Shown here piece after piece: positions 1 to 13,824 of a stretch of 64,000 nt of DNA. The translations under genes were made by a program, and so were the position numbers. Source of the DNA: the human T2T-CHM13v2.0 reference genome, Homo sapiens; NCBI RefSeq assembly GCF_009914755.1, contig NC_060929.1; one strand, 5' to 3'. Below the pieces are notes generated by a model. It saw only the letters and a list, made by a program, of their open reading frames with translations. It was not told the origin of the DNA and ran no database searches. Position 1 is the first letter of the stretch. Each line of letters begins with the position of its first letter.

Positions 1-149
1 ACCATGTCTTTGCAAGAAAAAGAAACCTACTGAGGCCCGTTCAAGAGTCAGAGTTTCTTGGGAAGATTTGGGGGTGTCTTGGAGAAGGCAAAAGCAAGAA
101 GGTCAGCTGGGCCTTGGGAAAAACTGGAAAAACACCTAGTGCCAGGGCA

Positions 150-525
150 GGCGCTCTGTCTCTGTCTCTCTGACTTTTTCTCTTTCATTATCTCTTTCTC
201 TCTGAATCAATCTGGATTCTCTATTCCAGTCTCTCTCTCCCTGTGTGTCTGAGCTTATATTTCTTTGTCTCTCTCCATCTCTTTGTGAATGTGTTTTCCC
301 TTTTTGCCTCCTCCCCCCATCTTTACTCAGTCTCTTGCTTCCTGTGTGTCTCTCTCTTCCTCCTCTCTTGTGTGTGTGTATCTGTGTTTCTGTGTGTCTC
401 GCTCGGTGTCTTTCTCTCTGTTTCCCTGTCTCTGTGTGTGTGTCTCTGTGTCTTTCTCCCTGTTGAATGTATGTGATTTTCTCCCTGTCTCTCCCCATCT
501 CCTCTCTCCATCCTCACCCTTTCTG
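150..525. repeat. (CT)n/(GT)n-rich low-complexity tract
   Basis: Degenerate tctctg/tgtgtg runs; produces several spurious overlapping ORFs. Confidence 0.9.
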
Positions 526-946
526 TCACCACCTCAACCCTCGAGGTGGTGAGAGAAAGAAAATTACCACCTCAACCCTGGAGTCTACTTGACCTCTTAG
601 TTCCAACGCCCAGTGATAACTCCCTTTCAAGATGACCATTCCTGGTCTAACAGTTTCAGCCAAGGAGAGTCACCAAGATAGCTTCAGGGGTCCATTCCTT
701 CATCTAAGAAGGGGTCTGGGATGGACACTCACCCTAAAGTGTGGCTCCTACAGCAGGACAGAACTGCATGGTGAAAAGAGTACTCAATTCGAAGTCAGGT
801 GATTAGGTCTCCTATTAGCACTGTGTGGTCTGAGGCCAGGAACTACCCTGCTGTGTCTAAAATATTCCAGCTAGAAAATGAGGAATTGGATAAGGTACCC
901 TGTTACAAATACTTCTAGCCCCCCAAATTCTATGATATTCTACTTA

Positions 947-1582
<636 letters not shown>

Positions 1583-1808
1583 TTAGAGCTGCCTTACTAG
1601 GAACTGGGCTTTCTGTGGAGGGCAGTCTTCTCCCTGCCTTTGAGGGCACACAAGAAAGGCAGGGCTACCCTTCTCATTCTCTATTTCTCTAGCACTCTGA
1701 AGTTCTAACAGAAACAAGACTGCACTGGGAGCTGAAGATCCAAGTGGGGAAAGGTTTCAATGTCTACCTCTTTCTCTGGGCTTCACTCTTTAAACTAGAG
1801 GCCATACA

Positions 1809-2581
1809 CATCAGAGAAATGCAAATCAAAACCACAATGAGATACCATCTCACACCCGTTAGAATGGCAATCATTAAAAAGTCAGGAAACAACAGGTGCT
1901 GGAGAGGATGTGGAGAAATAGGAACACTTTTACACTGTTGGTGGGACTGTAAACTAGTTCAACCATTGTGGAAGTCAGTGTGGTGATTCCTCAGGGATCT
2001 AGAACTAGAAATACCATTTGACCCAGCCATCCCATTACTGGGTATATACCCAAAGGATTATAAATCATGCTGCTATAAAGACACATGCACACGTATGTTT
2101 ATTGCGGCACTATTCACAATAGCAAAGACTCGGAACCAACCCAAATGTCCAACAACGATAGACTGGATTAATGTGGCACATATACACCATGGAATACTAT
2201 GCAGCCATAAAAAAAGATGAGTTCATGTCCTTTGTAGGGACATGGATGAAGCTGGAAACCATCATTCTCAGCAAACTATCGCAAGGACAAAAAACCAAAC
2301 ACCGCATGTTCTCACTCATAGGTGGGAACTGAACAATGAGAACACATGGACACAGGAAGGGGAACATCACACATTGGGGCCTGTTGTGGGGTGGAGGGAG
2401 GGGGGAGGGATAGCATTAGGAGATATACCTAATGTTAAATGACGAGTTAATGGGTGCAGCACACCAACATGGCACATGTATATATATGTAACAAACCTGC
2501 ATGTTGTGCACATGTACCCTAAAACTTAAAGTATAATAAAAATATACACATATTAAAAAATAAATAAATAAATAAATAAAT
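1809..2581 (+). mobile_element. 5'-truncated L1PA (L1PA4-like) with 17-bp TSD
   Basis: ORF2 C-terminus [20 protein letters not shown].., L1PA 3' UTR, (AAAT)n tail; perfect TSD aaactagaggccataca at 1792-1808 and 2582-2598. Confidence 0.93.
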
Positions 2582-5500
2582 AAACTAGAGGCCATACATC
2601 TTATCTCCAGAGAAGAGAAGGGAGGATACAAGAGTCAATTAATCCTCCTGTGCCTCTTCCATTACAGCTGAGCTTTTAAAGACTGGACTCTGGGTCAGTG
2701 GGAATGCCTCCGAGATACGTTCTGGGCTGAAAAATAAAGTACTACCCTCTCATTGAAGCCTTCAAATTCCTCCAGCTTCCATGCATCTCCCTCCTCTGAG
2801 GATCCATAGCACCTGGGCTAAGTTGGTACCAATCAGCACCTGGGGTTTTATGTGGCTTGAGAAGAACCCAGACATATCTGAATTTCTATTTTAACAGGGG
2901 ACTCAAGAATTCACAAAGCACCTTCACACCAACCATCCATTTAATCTCAGTAATCTCATGGAGCTGATTGTGTACCTGATGGAAAGACTGAGGATCCAAG
3001 AGGCTGGGCTGGAAAAAGGGCAGAGCTGGAGGAGAATGTAGGCCTCTGCCTCCCTCTTCCTTCCATGTCCTCATTCCATTTCCTCCAGGAAAGCTGTGGC
3101 TTGGAGAGATGGGCGGGTGGGAGGGGAGCACTCCACCTCATGAGGGCTGGAGCTGGGACCAGGAGGGAGTGGGTTGTTGTGGTAGCAAGTGGATGGAGCA
3201 GTGTGCTTGTTAGGCTGATGGCCCTGTCTCAGAAGCAAGGGGAAGAGGTAATCAGCTGGGATAGAAAGCTGGGAGAAAGAGGAGGCAGCAAGACAGAGTG
3301 GGGGACAGTATGGATTTGGGTGTCAGGAAACCTGGAACCTACATGTGTGACCTGAAGCAAGACTCTACTTCTCCACAGGTGAAGGTTGCCTCAGTTTCTG
3401 CACCTGTACATTGAGGAGGTTACATTCACTGTTCTCCAATGTACCTTCCTCCTCTAACACTTGGGCTTGTCCATCACTGGCTGCCTCCCTGACTCTCTAC
3501 CGAGCCACTATCAGCAGAAGGCTGAATAACATGCGCCAATATGACCCAAAGACCACAGAAATTCCCTAGACTTTTAGGATAACTCTGTTGCTGTCCTATT
3601 CCACTTCCCACCCACCACAGCCAGAAAGTTTCCTAGAAGCCTCAAAATTCTCAGGTCACACTGGATGGCAGGCAATGCTGCAAAAAACTACAGTGACAAA
3701 AACTGACCAGAAGATGGAGCCAAATGCCCTGGAATCCGAAACAGTTTTATTTGTCGAATTTTTAATTCTAGGGCTACAGAGCAGAAACTAAAGCCACAAA
3801 GGCAGTAAGAGATGTACTCAAGGTCCCCCATCTGCTCAGGGGCAGGGCTGGGAACCACGCCAATCTCTGCGGTCCCACACGTAATTCTACAGTGTCTGTT
3901 TCAAAGGTATAGGTGGTTCTCTAGAGAGACCCAAAGTTTTCTTCTAGACAGAGGTTCCAGACTCAAGGTCAGAAAACTCAGGCTGCTTAGGGCAGTGGAA
4001 GGAGCACTGTGCTGGGAGTCAAGGGACCCTGGTCTGAGTCTGACCCTGCTCTGATTCCCTGTGTGACACTGAGCACTCTCTCCACCCACCCTGGGGTGAC
4101 ATCAGCCCTTTGGCCAGAGCTTGTCCTATGCCTCACCACTCAGTTCACTTCTGCCCTGGGATTTAGCAGCTCTGGGGCCCAACCCAGCTCTCCTATGACT
4201 CCTGACATGACCTCTGGCAAGTTCCTTCACCCTCCAGGACTCAGTTTCCCTGTGTGCTCTCAGAGTACTGGGTCCAAGACCACAGTCTGATGCCTTTTAC
4301 CAGCACTCCTGCCAGCTCCTTGTCACTGCTGCTGCTGTCCGTCTCACTGCCTTTGTCCTCCTGCCAGGGAGACATCATGTCCACATGAGGGTCCTGGGGC
4401 TAGGCTAGGTCCTCCCACCATATCTGGAGCCCCCACTGCATTCAGAGGACCTCCCCCTTCCCCAGACCCAGCTAGGTATGGAACATGCACAGGGCACTAA
4501 ACAGGAAAACAAGTTATTATAGGGAGCTACGCTGAGAAGCAATGACAGAGAAGTATGACCTGGGACAGTGAAGGAAACATGGCACTGGGGAAACAGATAC
4601 TTTAGTCCAAATTCCGACAGTAGCTTTTAGAAGCCTATGGCCTTAACCTAATTCACCCTAAAATATAAACAGCTGCTATCAGATACTTTCCAGAGAGCGT
4701 GATAAAGGTAGAAGGAGGGAGAGGGCCCCAGGCATTGAGGAGCTGAAAGGAGAGGATAGAGGAGAAAGAAGCAACCAGAGAAAATCTGTGGGAGTGGAAG
4801 GGGAAAACTAACTTTTCCTACCTTAGGACATCTCCAAAGCTGCTCCAACCAGAAGGCAACGACACAGGTTAAAGAGATGTTTCCTTGGAAGATACATGTC
4901 CAGAGAGAAAGGAGAATGTTTTCTGGGAATACCACTTCTTAGACACCGGACTTAGACAAATGACTCTTTGATGGAGCGGGAACTCTTTCCCCAACTCTGC
5001 TCGGAATCAGCAGCCAAGTTCCTCAGCTCTGGAGAAAGGAACAGTGGCCATAAAGTCACCACTGCCCTATGAAGCCACAGTCCCTTTTCCCAGGCCTCTC
5101 AGCCCAACTTGTTAATTTCTATAGGTGGGTTTTGAATCCATCCATATAGCTATTTAATGTTGATTGGTTTATTCATGAAGCACCAAAGTCACTTCAGATG
5201 GCCAATAGCACTGTTCCTGGGTCCTCTTATCCCTGAGCAAAGCCAGCTTCTCCTCTTCCCAGGACACCTACTTACTAGGATCAGCCCGACCTGGGCAGCG
5301 CAGTCACTCCAGCAAGACATCCATACGGGCTGGTGGCTATGACCAATAAGCCTCACCTCCTGACTGTTCTGACCCAGTAGGGGTCCAGGAGACTCACCAC
5401 CTTCTCCACCTCTGCTGCTCCTCACGGAAGTTACTCTGCAGCTTCCCCTTCTCTTTCCGCGGCGTCTTCTTGTAATCATCTTTGCCAAACCCTGGAGGGG

Positions 5501-7358
5501 ATGATGGAGAGAAAACAGATTCAGGTGAGAGGCTGGCTTAACAACACAACCTGCAGTGATCAGGATCTGCTTCCTCTTTATCCACCTCCCATCCTCCCTC
5601 TCCTCACTCTTATAAGTGTATCAGGTTTTTTCAGCTTTCTTAAAACACTTTCACATCTATTATATTATTCAATTAGAGCCTCATTGCCACTTTCCAAGGT
5701 GGGCAGGGAAGGGATTAGGAACCCATTTTACAGAAGAAGAAACTGAGGTCCACAGAAGGAGGGAGACATTTCTAAAATGATACAAGAAAACTGTTGCCAT
5801 GGGACTAGAACCTCAGACTCCTTCCTCCCAGTCCTGCCAAGTAGGGCAGGACTATGAATGAGGGAAACATCCCAGCTCACACATCAACATTGACTGGTGG
5901 TGCTATAGTTAAGAACACCCCAGGAAAGACCCGGAGCCCCTGCTAAGCACTGCACAGCCTGGGGTCAGCCTTTGGGGTTCCTGTGGGCTATCGGAATGGG
6001 TATGCGGTCACCTGATATAATGTAATGACACAAGCGTAACCAGATGATGCATGTACATATGACATGCATGAGCTAGTGCATCTGAAATTCAACAATTTAC
6101 AGATGTAAGTTCCCCAGTGGCCATTTATTTCTGCTCATAGCTCGCATGGCCTCTGACCCCAGTATTGTTTATCTGTAGTTCCAGACTACCTGACAGACAA
6201 CATTTTCTGTAGATCCTAATCCAGATTTCTGGCAACTCTGGAGATAGTTTCCTGCTGATAAGCCCCCTTCTTCCACTGCACCCCAAGTCACAGCCCCCTG
6301 AAGAACATGCCTAGGATACAGAGAAAACAATCTCATATAAGCAGGAACACAGAAACTCACACCTTAGGACAGAATTCGTCTCAACTGAGATGTATTGCTT
6401 CTGTGTACATCAACCTGAGAACAAAGAATAATAGCAGCTGACATCTTCCTGGGACATTCTGATACAGACAGCTGGTTTATGAACATTATCTTACCTGAGG
6501 AGCACTCAGCCCTATGAGATAAACATTGTTAGCCCATTTGATAAATGAAGAAATGGAGGCTCATAGGGGTTAGAGGAATTTCCCAAGCACTCACAGGGAG
6601 TCAGCGGCCACACAGAGTTCTTCAGATATCTCCCGACAAAAGACAGAGTTGGGTCAGGCCCAAGGTGGGGTACAGAATCAGGCCCCTTTGAAGCTGCATA
6701 TACCTCCTTGTTCTCCTATCTTATGTCTCCCTCATCAAGGCCTTGGCCTCAAAGAGCCCACAAGCCTGAAGGGCTCCCCTCCATAGGGAAGGCTTCACCA
6801 TGGTGCTCCGCACACAGACCCCCCCACAGGGAGGGTGTCTCCAGCCCGGGGAGCACAGGTTCCGGGGACCCACAGCCCTGATACCTTGTTTCAGAGGAGG
6901 GATGACAACCATCTAGAGTCTACACCTCTATTCTTCATAAATCCACCCAGCCCTGAACTCCACAAGCACAGCTGTGCTGGATGAGCAAGTGTGTTCCTTC
7001 TCAGCCTGGATTGTTTTATTCTTTCCTAAGAATGCCGACACCTCCCCGCTGCCACCTTCAACAGAAAACTTGCCCAGAGCAGAGAGCACAGGGCATTAAA
7101 AATGGGACTGCAGATGGTGAGGACTGGAAGAACAGTTATATAAGGGAAAACTGAGGCCCAAGGAGGCAGGGAGGTGCTCAAAATCTGTTAGGGAGTTGGA
7201 GAACTCAGGGAAGAACCCAGGTCCCACACTTGGCTATGCATCTGCTCAGCCCCCCGACATCTCTGGATCACAGGAATCAGTTCACAGCCCCCTTGACTTT
7301 CCCAACTACTCTTTTTCTCCTCCACAGGGAGTCTGCCGTCTGATCTGAAGACCACTCA

Positions 7359-7745
<387 letters not shown>

Positions 7746-9862
7746 TCAGAGGTATAGGTGCTCTCTTCTAACTTGTCTTTGACTCACAAACTCTCGTGGT
7801 GTATAAATATCAAGTCTCACTGCCCATCCAAGGGTAGAAGAATTGGACCTTCTCCATGTGGCCCTAGTAGGTAGAATTAGGACCAGTGGGTAGAATTTAT
7901 ATAAAGGCAGATTCTAGCTCCATATAAAGTATAACTTTATTATAGTCAGACCTATTCTAAAATGGAATAGACTGTCTCCCAAAGTAGTGAGCCCCCCAAC
8001 ACCAGAAGTAACCAACTGCTGGGGATGTTATAAAACAAACTTCCTCAAAGTGTAACCCACTTGCATTAGCATGTCCTGGGCAGATTCTTAAAGAGGCAGA
8101 TTGCTGGGACCCTAAATCAGACTAAGTGTGGGCCTAAAAACCTAAAGGAATGTTTGAGAATGTCTGCTCTAAAAGAATTATTGGATGGAATTTGTTCCCT
8201 TCCATCTCTCAAATTCTATGACTCTCTCATTCTGTGAAATATATATCTTCCCTGGGTATTTGAATTGTACAAAGGACATCATAAAAACAAATTGCTTTTT
8301 AAGCCATAAATCCATCATGGACGGCTGTTGACAAAGGAGATATTAGGGGGCAGGCAAACCACAAAAGCAGCCGTTAATCCTCCCTGTTCCTATACCCGAA
8401 GTGGCAGCCCTATCACAGATCCCTGGCTGCCTATGACTCAATGGTCCCATCCAATATCATCTCAACTCCCATGAATCCAAGGCCCAAATTCTTTAGTCAT
8501 GGCAGGAACCAAGGAAGAGAACAGAGAAAAATACCCACTTAACCATTCTGAAGCTGGAGAGCAAACTGCTTTCTCTGCTGGCCTACTAGATGCTTTCTGG
8601 GGTGCTCTGGAAGGATTTTATACTCTCTATCCTTCCTGTTTTCAGCCCTGAAGTGGAAAAACTGGATGTACAAATGTCCCCATGCATCACACTCACATCA
8701 TGACAAATGTTTCCAGCCAAAGCCTGGGGCTTAATCTTAAACCCCACCCCAACCTCAGCCCCTTTGATCTCCCTGTCAGCTTCAGGGAGCTTCCATAAAT
8801 TGTGGAGACATTTTATGCCAACCTTTAGAACACTCATTCCTCAGATCCCGTAATGCAACTTCTGGGAAATAATCACTTATATGTTCAAAGATGTATGTAA
8901 AATGGTATCAACTAGAGCATTATCAAAGTAATAGAGATAACAGAATAATATTAGCTAACACATATATGATACTCATTTCATTTCCTAAATGCTATTTATA
9001 TGTTAATTTATTTAATCCTCACTAATATTCTGAGTTTATAGGCAAAGACACTGAGGCTCCAAGAGGTGAACTACTTGCTCAAGTTCACACATCTAACCTA
9101 GATTTACACCCAGTTTGCCTCTAGAGCACATGCTCTTAAGAACTTGGTACATTTCCCTTTAGTAACTGAAAAATAATTAGAAACCACCTAAGTGTCCTAC
9201 AAAAGGATTGGTCAAATAAATTAGAGCTTCTCTAAAATGAAATATAAAGCTATTAAAAATAAGGTTAAAAATATTATTGTCTTATTAGGCAAATATGCTC
9301 ATAATGTTTGGTAATGTAAGAAACACAGAATAAAACTATATTCCATATGAATAAATTTTGGATAAATGTGTATATGAAGGAAAAAATACTCTGGGGAGGT
9401 TCTTGGCAGGGAAGGCTTTCTGGAGGAGGCTGGTATTGAGCCAGGGTTTGGAAAGCTATGTTAGGGGCTTGGGCAGGGGCTGCAGTCCCTGACAGATGCT
9501 GTGGACACTCTGAATTACCCAGTATTGAGTACAGAATAGGTCCTCAGCTTGAGATGCTTAGCACTGACTGAGAGTCTAGAAATCACCATTCAGTTCTGGC
9601 TCCGTTACTAACTACAGATTCAATGTAGCCAAAGACCCATTCCCTCTCAGGGGTCTCAGTTTTCCCATTTGTACAAAGGCAATAATGATACCTTCTCTGC
9701 CTCTTCCTTGAGCCAGGCTGGAGGTGCAAAGCTCAAGTGAAGGCTTGAGCTATGAGATTCCTAAGGTGACCAGTGAGTGAGCAAAATTGACTCCTCCTAC
9801 TGACTACTTACTGAGTCCTTACTATGGGCCAGAGACTGTGCTAAATGTTTTGTAGGAATATT

Positions 9863-10588
9863 CAGGTCTGCCTTCATGGATATGCAACCAGTATAGGCAC
9901 TCAAGACCACACTTAGAAAGGCCGACATTTGGGGCTTTAATCTCTGTGGTCCCATCTTGAGGTGTTTAATAATTTCATCTTTGAATTCCGACTTGTTAAG
10001 AGAAGCCCAATGGGACAATGAAACACGTGCTGGGACATGGAGCCTCGGTTCCCCCGGGGCCCAGTGCACTTAGGTAGGGCCCAGGTACCTATAGAGCCTG
10101 CACTTACCTGGCAACTATCCCCATGCCTGAGGGAGCAAAACGTTAAATAGCAAATAAAAACACCATGGCAGGCCAATGACACTGTGGACAAAAGGAAAAA
10201 TATTTTTCTTTTTTTTTTAGACAAGGTCTCATTCTGTCACCCAGAATGGAGTGCAGTGGTGCCATCATGGCTCACTGCAGCCTGGACCTCCCTGGGCAAA
10301 AGGGATCCTTCCACCTCAGCATCCCCACCACCCGACCCAGTAGCTGGGACTATAGGCATGCACCACCATGCCCAGGTAATTTCTGTATTTTTTGTAGACA
10401 CAGGGTTTCACCATGTTGCCCAGGCTGATCTAGAACTCCTGAGCTCAAGCAATAACACCCATCTCAGCCTCCCAAAGTGCTGGGATTATAGGCATGAGCC
10501 ACCAGACCCTGTCTTCTTCTCTTTTTGAATTAAAAACTCCATATTTTCGGTTTGCCCTGGAGCCTACAAATTGAGTAGCCAGCCATAA
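9863..10588 (+). mobile_element. MER45-like hAT-Tip100 DNA transposon interrupted by an Alu
   Basis: Left end caggtctgccttcatgg..cttagaaaggcc and right end ttgccctggagcctacaaattgagtagccagcc resemble MER45 termini. Confidence 0.6.
10202..10512 (-). mobile_element. Alu (AluJ-type)
   Basis: T tract followed by reverse-complement Alu body. Confidence 0.9.
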
Positions 10589-11836
10589 TATTCCTGTAAG
10601 ATATGTGTTCATTTTATTCCATTTTATAAAAGAAGAAGTACAGCTTTGAGAGTATATTGCCCAAGATAACACGGCTAGCAGCTTACCCAGAATTTGAACC
10701 CAGGTCAATTTGATCCCAGAGTTCATGATCTTAACACTGCACTATATATAGGAAGTCAGGCAACTGCATATGTGAGGATCCCCTCCAGAGCCCTGTAACC
10801 ACAATCAAGGTCATCGCTATTCACACTAGGGTCAGCTTCTCACCTGGGTGAAGAAGGCAAAGCCCTCACAACAGGAAATATCTTTACTGTCTGCTGAGAA
10901 GTTATTGCCTGGTCCACTAAAACGAGGGTTTCATCCACTGTGTGAGATTCCACTCTCTGAAGGAAGCTGAATGGGTCTCATAAAAAAACCCACAAGGTGC
11001 ACATTTCAGCACCGTCACCTACTAGCTGAGTGACTTTGGTCCCTATCTTGACTCCTGGGGACCTCAGTTGCCTCGCGTTAAAATAGGAGTGGAAATGCTT
11101 ATGTGAAAGTTCTTTACAAATCTGGTACAAATCAAAGGTGGTACCATGGCTATTAGACACCATCTGACCTTGCCTGCATCAGCAAGAACTGGCCAGAAGC
11201 TGGCTGTTTTCACTGTATTCATTATTTGCCTATGCATGAGTGAATGCACTGGGTACTGGAAATATGAGTGACTGCATCTTCTTTGAGGAAGTAGCAAGAA
11301 AGAGACTTGAGAGAAGCCTAGTGATCACAGGAATATCATTTGGCCCCAAATGCTTTATTCAGGATCCCAGATCCCTTCCTGCCATTCTCTAAATCAAATA
11401 TGTAAGCAAAACTCACTATTCACAAAGTGTGGGAGGTCAGGAAGAAAGGGGGATAGGATCCAACCAGTAGCTCTGACTCCAGGATGGATGAAATAACCAT
11501 AATACTGCAGGTTGAAACTGGCTGAGGTGGCTAGAATGAGGCTTAGTCATGGGCTTACTTCACCCGACAACCACCCTCCCCTCTCACACTGCCAACCCAG
11601 AAATCCAAATGAGGATTCCTTAACTAGGAAACATGATCATAGGTAGGGGACCGCAAAGGGTGGGAGAAGCAGATTCTGTACTGGTACCATGTTCCAAGGG
11701 CTTTATCATCTTAATCCTCACTCTTGGAAGCAGGTATTATTATTCACATTTTAAAGTGGAGAACACAGCCTCAGAGTGGTCATCATTTACTCAAGAATAT
11801 CTCTTAAAATGTTAGTCCTCACCACCAGGCCTTATT

Positions 11837-11880
11837 CTCCATAAAGTATTTCCATATACTCCATAAAGTATTTCCATATA
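11837..11880. repeat. Perfect 22-bp tandem duplication
   Basis: ctccataaagtatttccatata x2. Confidence 0.97.
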
Positions 11881-13129
11881 CATTATGTTAAGAGATGCCC
11901 AAGATGTCACAAGTCAAACAGAGGTGGATGTTATTATTCTCATTTATGGATTAGGAAACTGAGGCTGAGAAAGAAAAGCTAAAAAACTAAGGCAAGAAGC
12001 CCAACTTCTCCTCTCATCCTTCAGGAGGCCCCAGAGCCATACAATTAAGACAGACACAAATTTGCCTGGCAGAATATGAGGAAGTATTTGGTGTCTCAGA
12101 ATATCCTCCACCATCTTATAGTCATAATCAACTATAGCTAACATTGATGGGGTGGAGTGCATCGCCTTACCCAACCCTGTGAAGTGGGTACCATCCCATT
12201 TTACAGATTGTCAAACTGAGGTGCAGAGAGGTTGGATGAGCAGGGCACATAGGCAATAAAAGGTGGAACTGGGACTTGAACTGAGGCTCTCTGGCTCCAG
12301 AGCTCACTCTTAAACTTATTGCTGTTCTGCTTCCTAAGGGAAAATGAGCAGGAAAAAGCTTACAAGCCGAAGTGGATTTTAAATGATCACTGACAGCTGA
12401 TGGGGCTGCCTATGCTAGGTGGCAATGGTCCCTTACCCAATTCCATTTGAGTGGGGACGCAACCCTGAAGATACAGAAGCAGCAAGAACCACCCAGTCTC
12501 CTCCTTAAATCCCAAGGAACTACAAGATGCAGGAAAACAGAGAACCTTTGGCAATATTTGTTTTTATTTGTTGTTGTGTTTGTTGATTCTCTATCCTCTT
12601 AATTTGGGTCTTGGCATCTCTTTTCCACCTTCCACCTTTGGTGCATCCTGTCCTGGTTTCCTTCCTGTGACTTCTTAGCAGGACCAGCTGCCTTTCCAGG
12701 CGGGCTCTGTGAATTTGACTGAGCAAGCTCACAGATATTTTGTCTTCCCATTTACTGTATTTTAGGTAATGAAGAGACAGGCATGCATTCAACCATCAGG
12801 ACTCTTCAGAGACCCTGAACTCTGCTGGAGAGAGCAGGCTTATTTTTCACATCCAATCAGGATATAACAGGATATCCTCAGTAAGTCACATCTCTTCAAA
12901 GGGTGACAGTCATTCCATTACCCTGTCTGTGCTGGCTGCCTCTATCCCTCAACCTGCCCAGGTTTGTCTTCTTCCCCATAGGGCAAAATTGGGAGTTCTT
13001 AAATTATTTCTTTACTGTCTCCTGTTAAGTTCAGGGCAGAATTAGCTAACTGGCTCAACATCACTCTAACCATGAAGAATCCAAACACTTTAGCTCAGTC
13101 TCTTCTTTTTATGGCTGAGAACTGAGAAG

Positions 13130-13380
13130 CAGTTAGTGCAGTGGTTATGCACACAGGCAGAACAGGGGTTGAATCCACTCTACCACCCTCGCACCAGATT
13201 ACCTCAGGCTGATGTCTTAACTTCTGCAGGCCACAGTGTCTTCATCTGTAGACAGAGATAAGAACAGTTCCATCTTTGTGGGACTATTGTGAAGATAAAT
13301 AGGATAATGTATTTAAAACCTCCAGCACAGTGGCCTAGCATGCAGTAACTACTCAGTTGATATTAGCTGTTATCATGATT
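13130..13380. mobile_element. MIR
   Basis: MIR core-like text (ttcatctgtagacagagataagaacagt..attgtgaagataaataggataatgt); several more MIR relics near 5.7, 6.5, 9.0, 10.6, 12.2, 30.9, 37.0, 40.7 and 43.1 kb. Confidence 0.6.
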
Positions 13381-13824
13381 AATAGATAGAAAGTATCTCA
13401 GTATAAATCCTGTGAGGTAGGGGTGGAGCCAGAATTAGTATTCAACTGTCTTGGGCAACTTTCATTTAATTTGTAGAGTTTCCTTCATCTGTTTAATGCA
13501 GCATATGGTGTTAATGATGCTGGAAACAGAATTCCATAACCATCTTTTCTACTAAATTGGTGGATTTCAATGAAGAATGATAGAACCCCTCCGGAAACCT
13601 TCTCAAACTCGTGCACTCCTCTCATCCCACTTTTGGCTACCAATGTACCTGCTTTTTGAGAGGAGCCAGTCTGAGCCACACTTGCCACCATTCCTGCTTC
13701 CGGGTGCTCATGATAGGGACACTCAAAAGGACCAGACGACCCACTAGGTCTTTGTTTCCACTCCTGGGGAGTGGGCCACATTGCTTGACTTTTTGGATCC
13801 CTGGCACAAAAGACCTCCTCTTCC

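Noticed and set aside
58-552. Six overlapping ORFs including a 120-aa Arg/Glu-rich one
   Set aside because: Translations of a CT/GT low-complexity tract that lacks stop codons.
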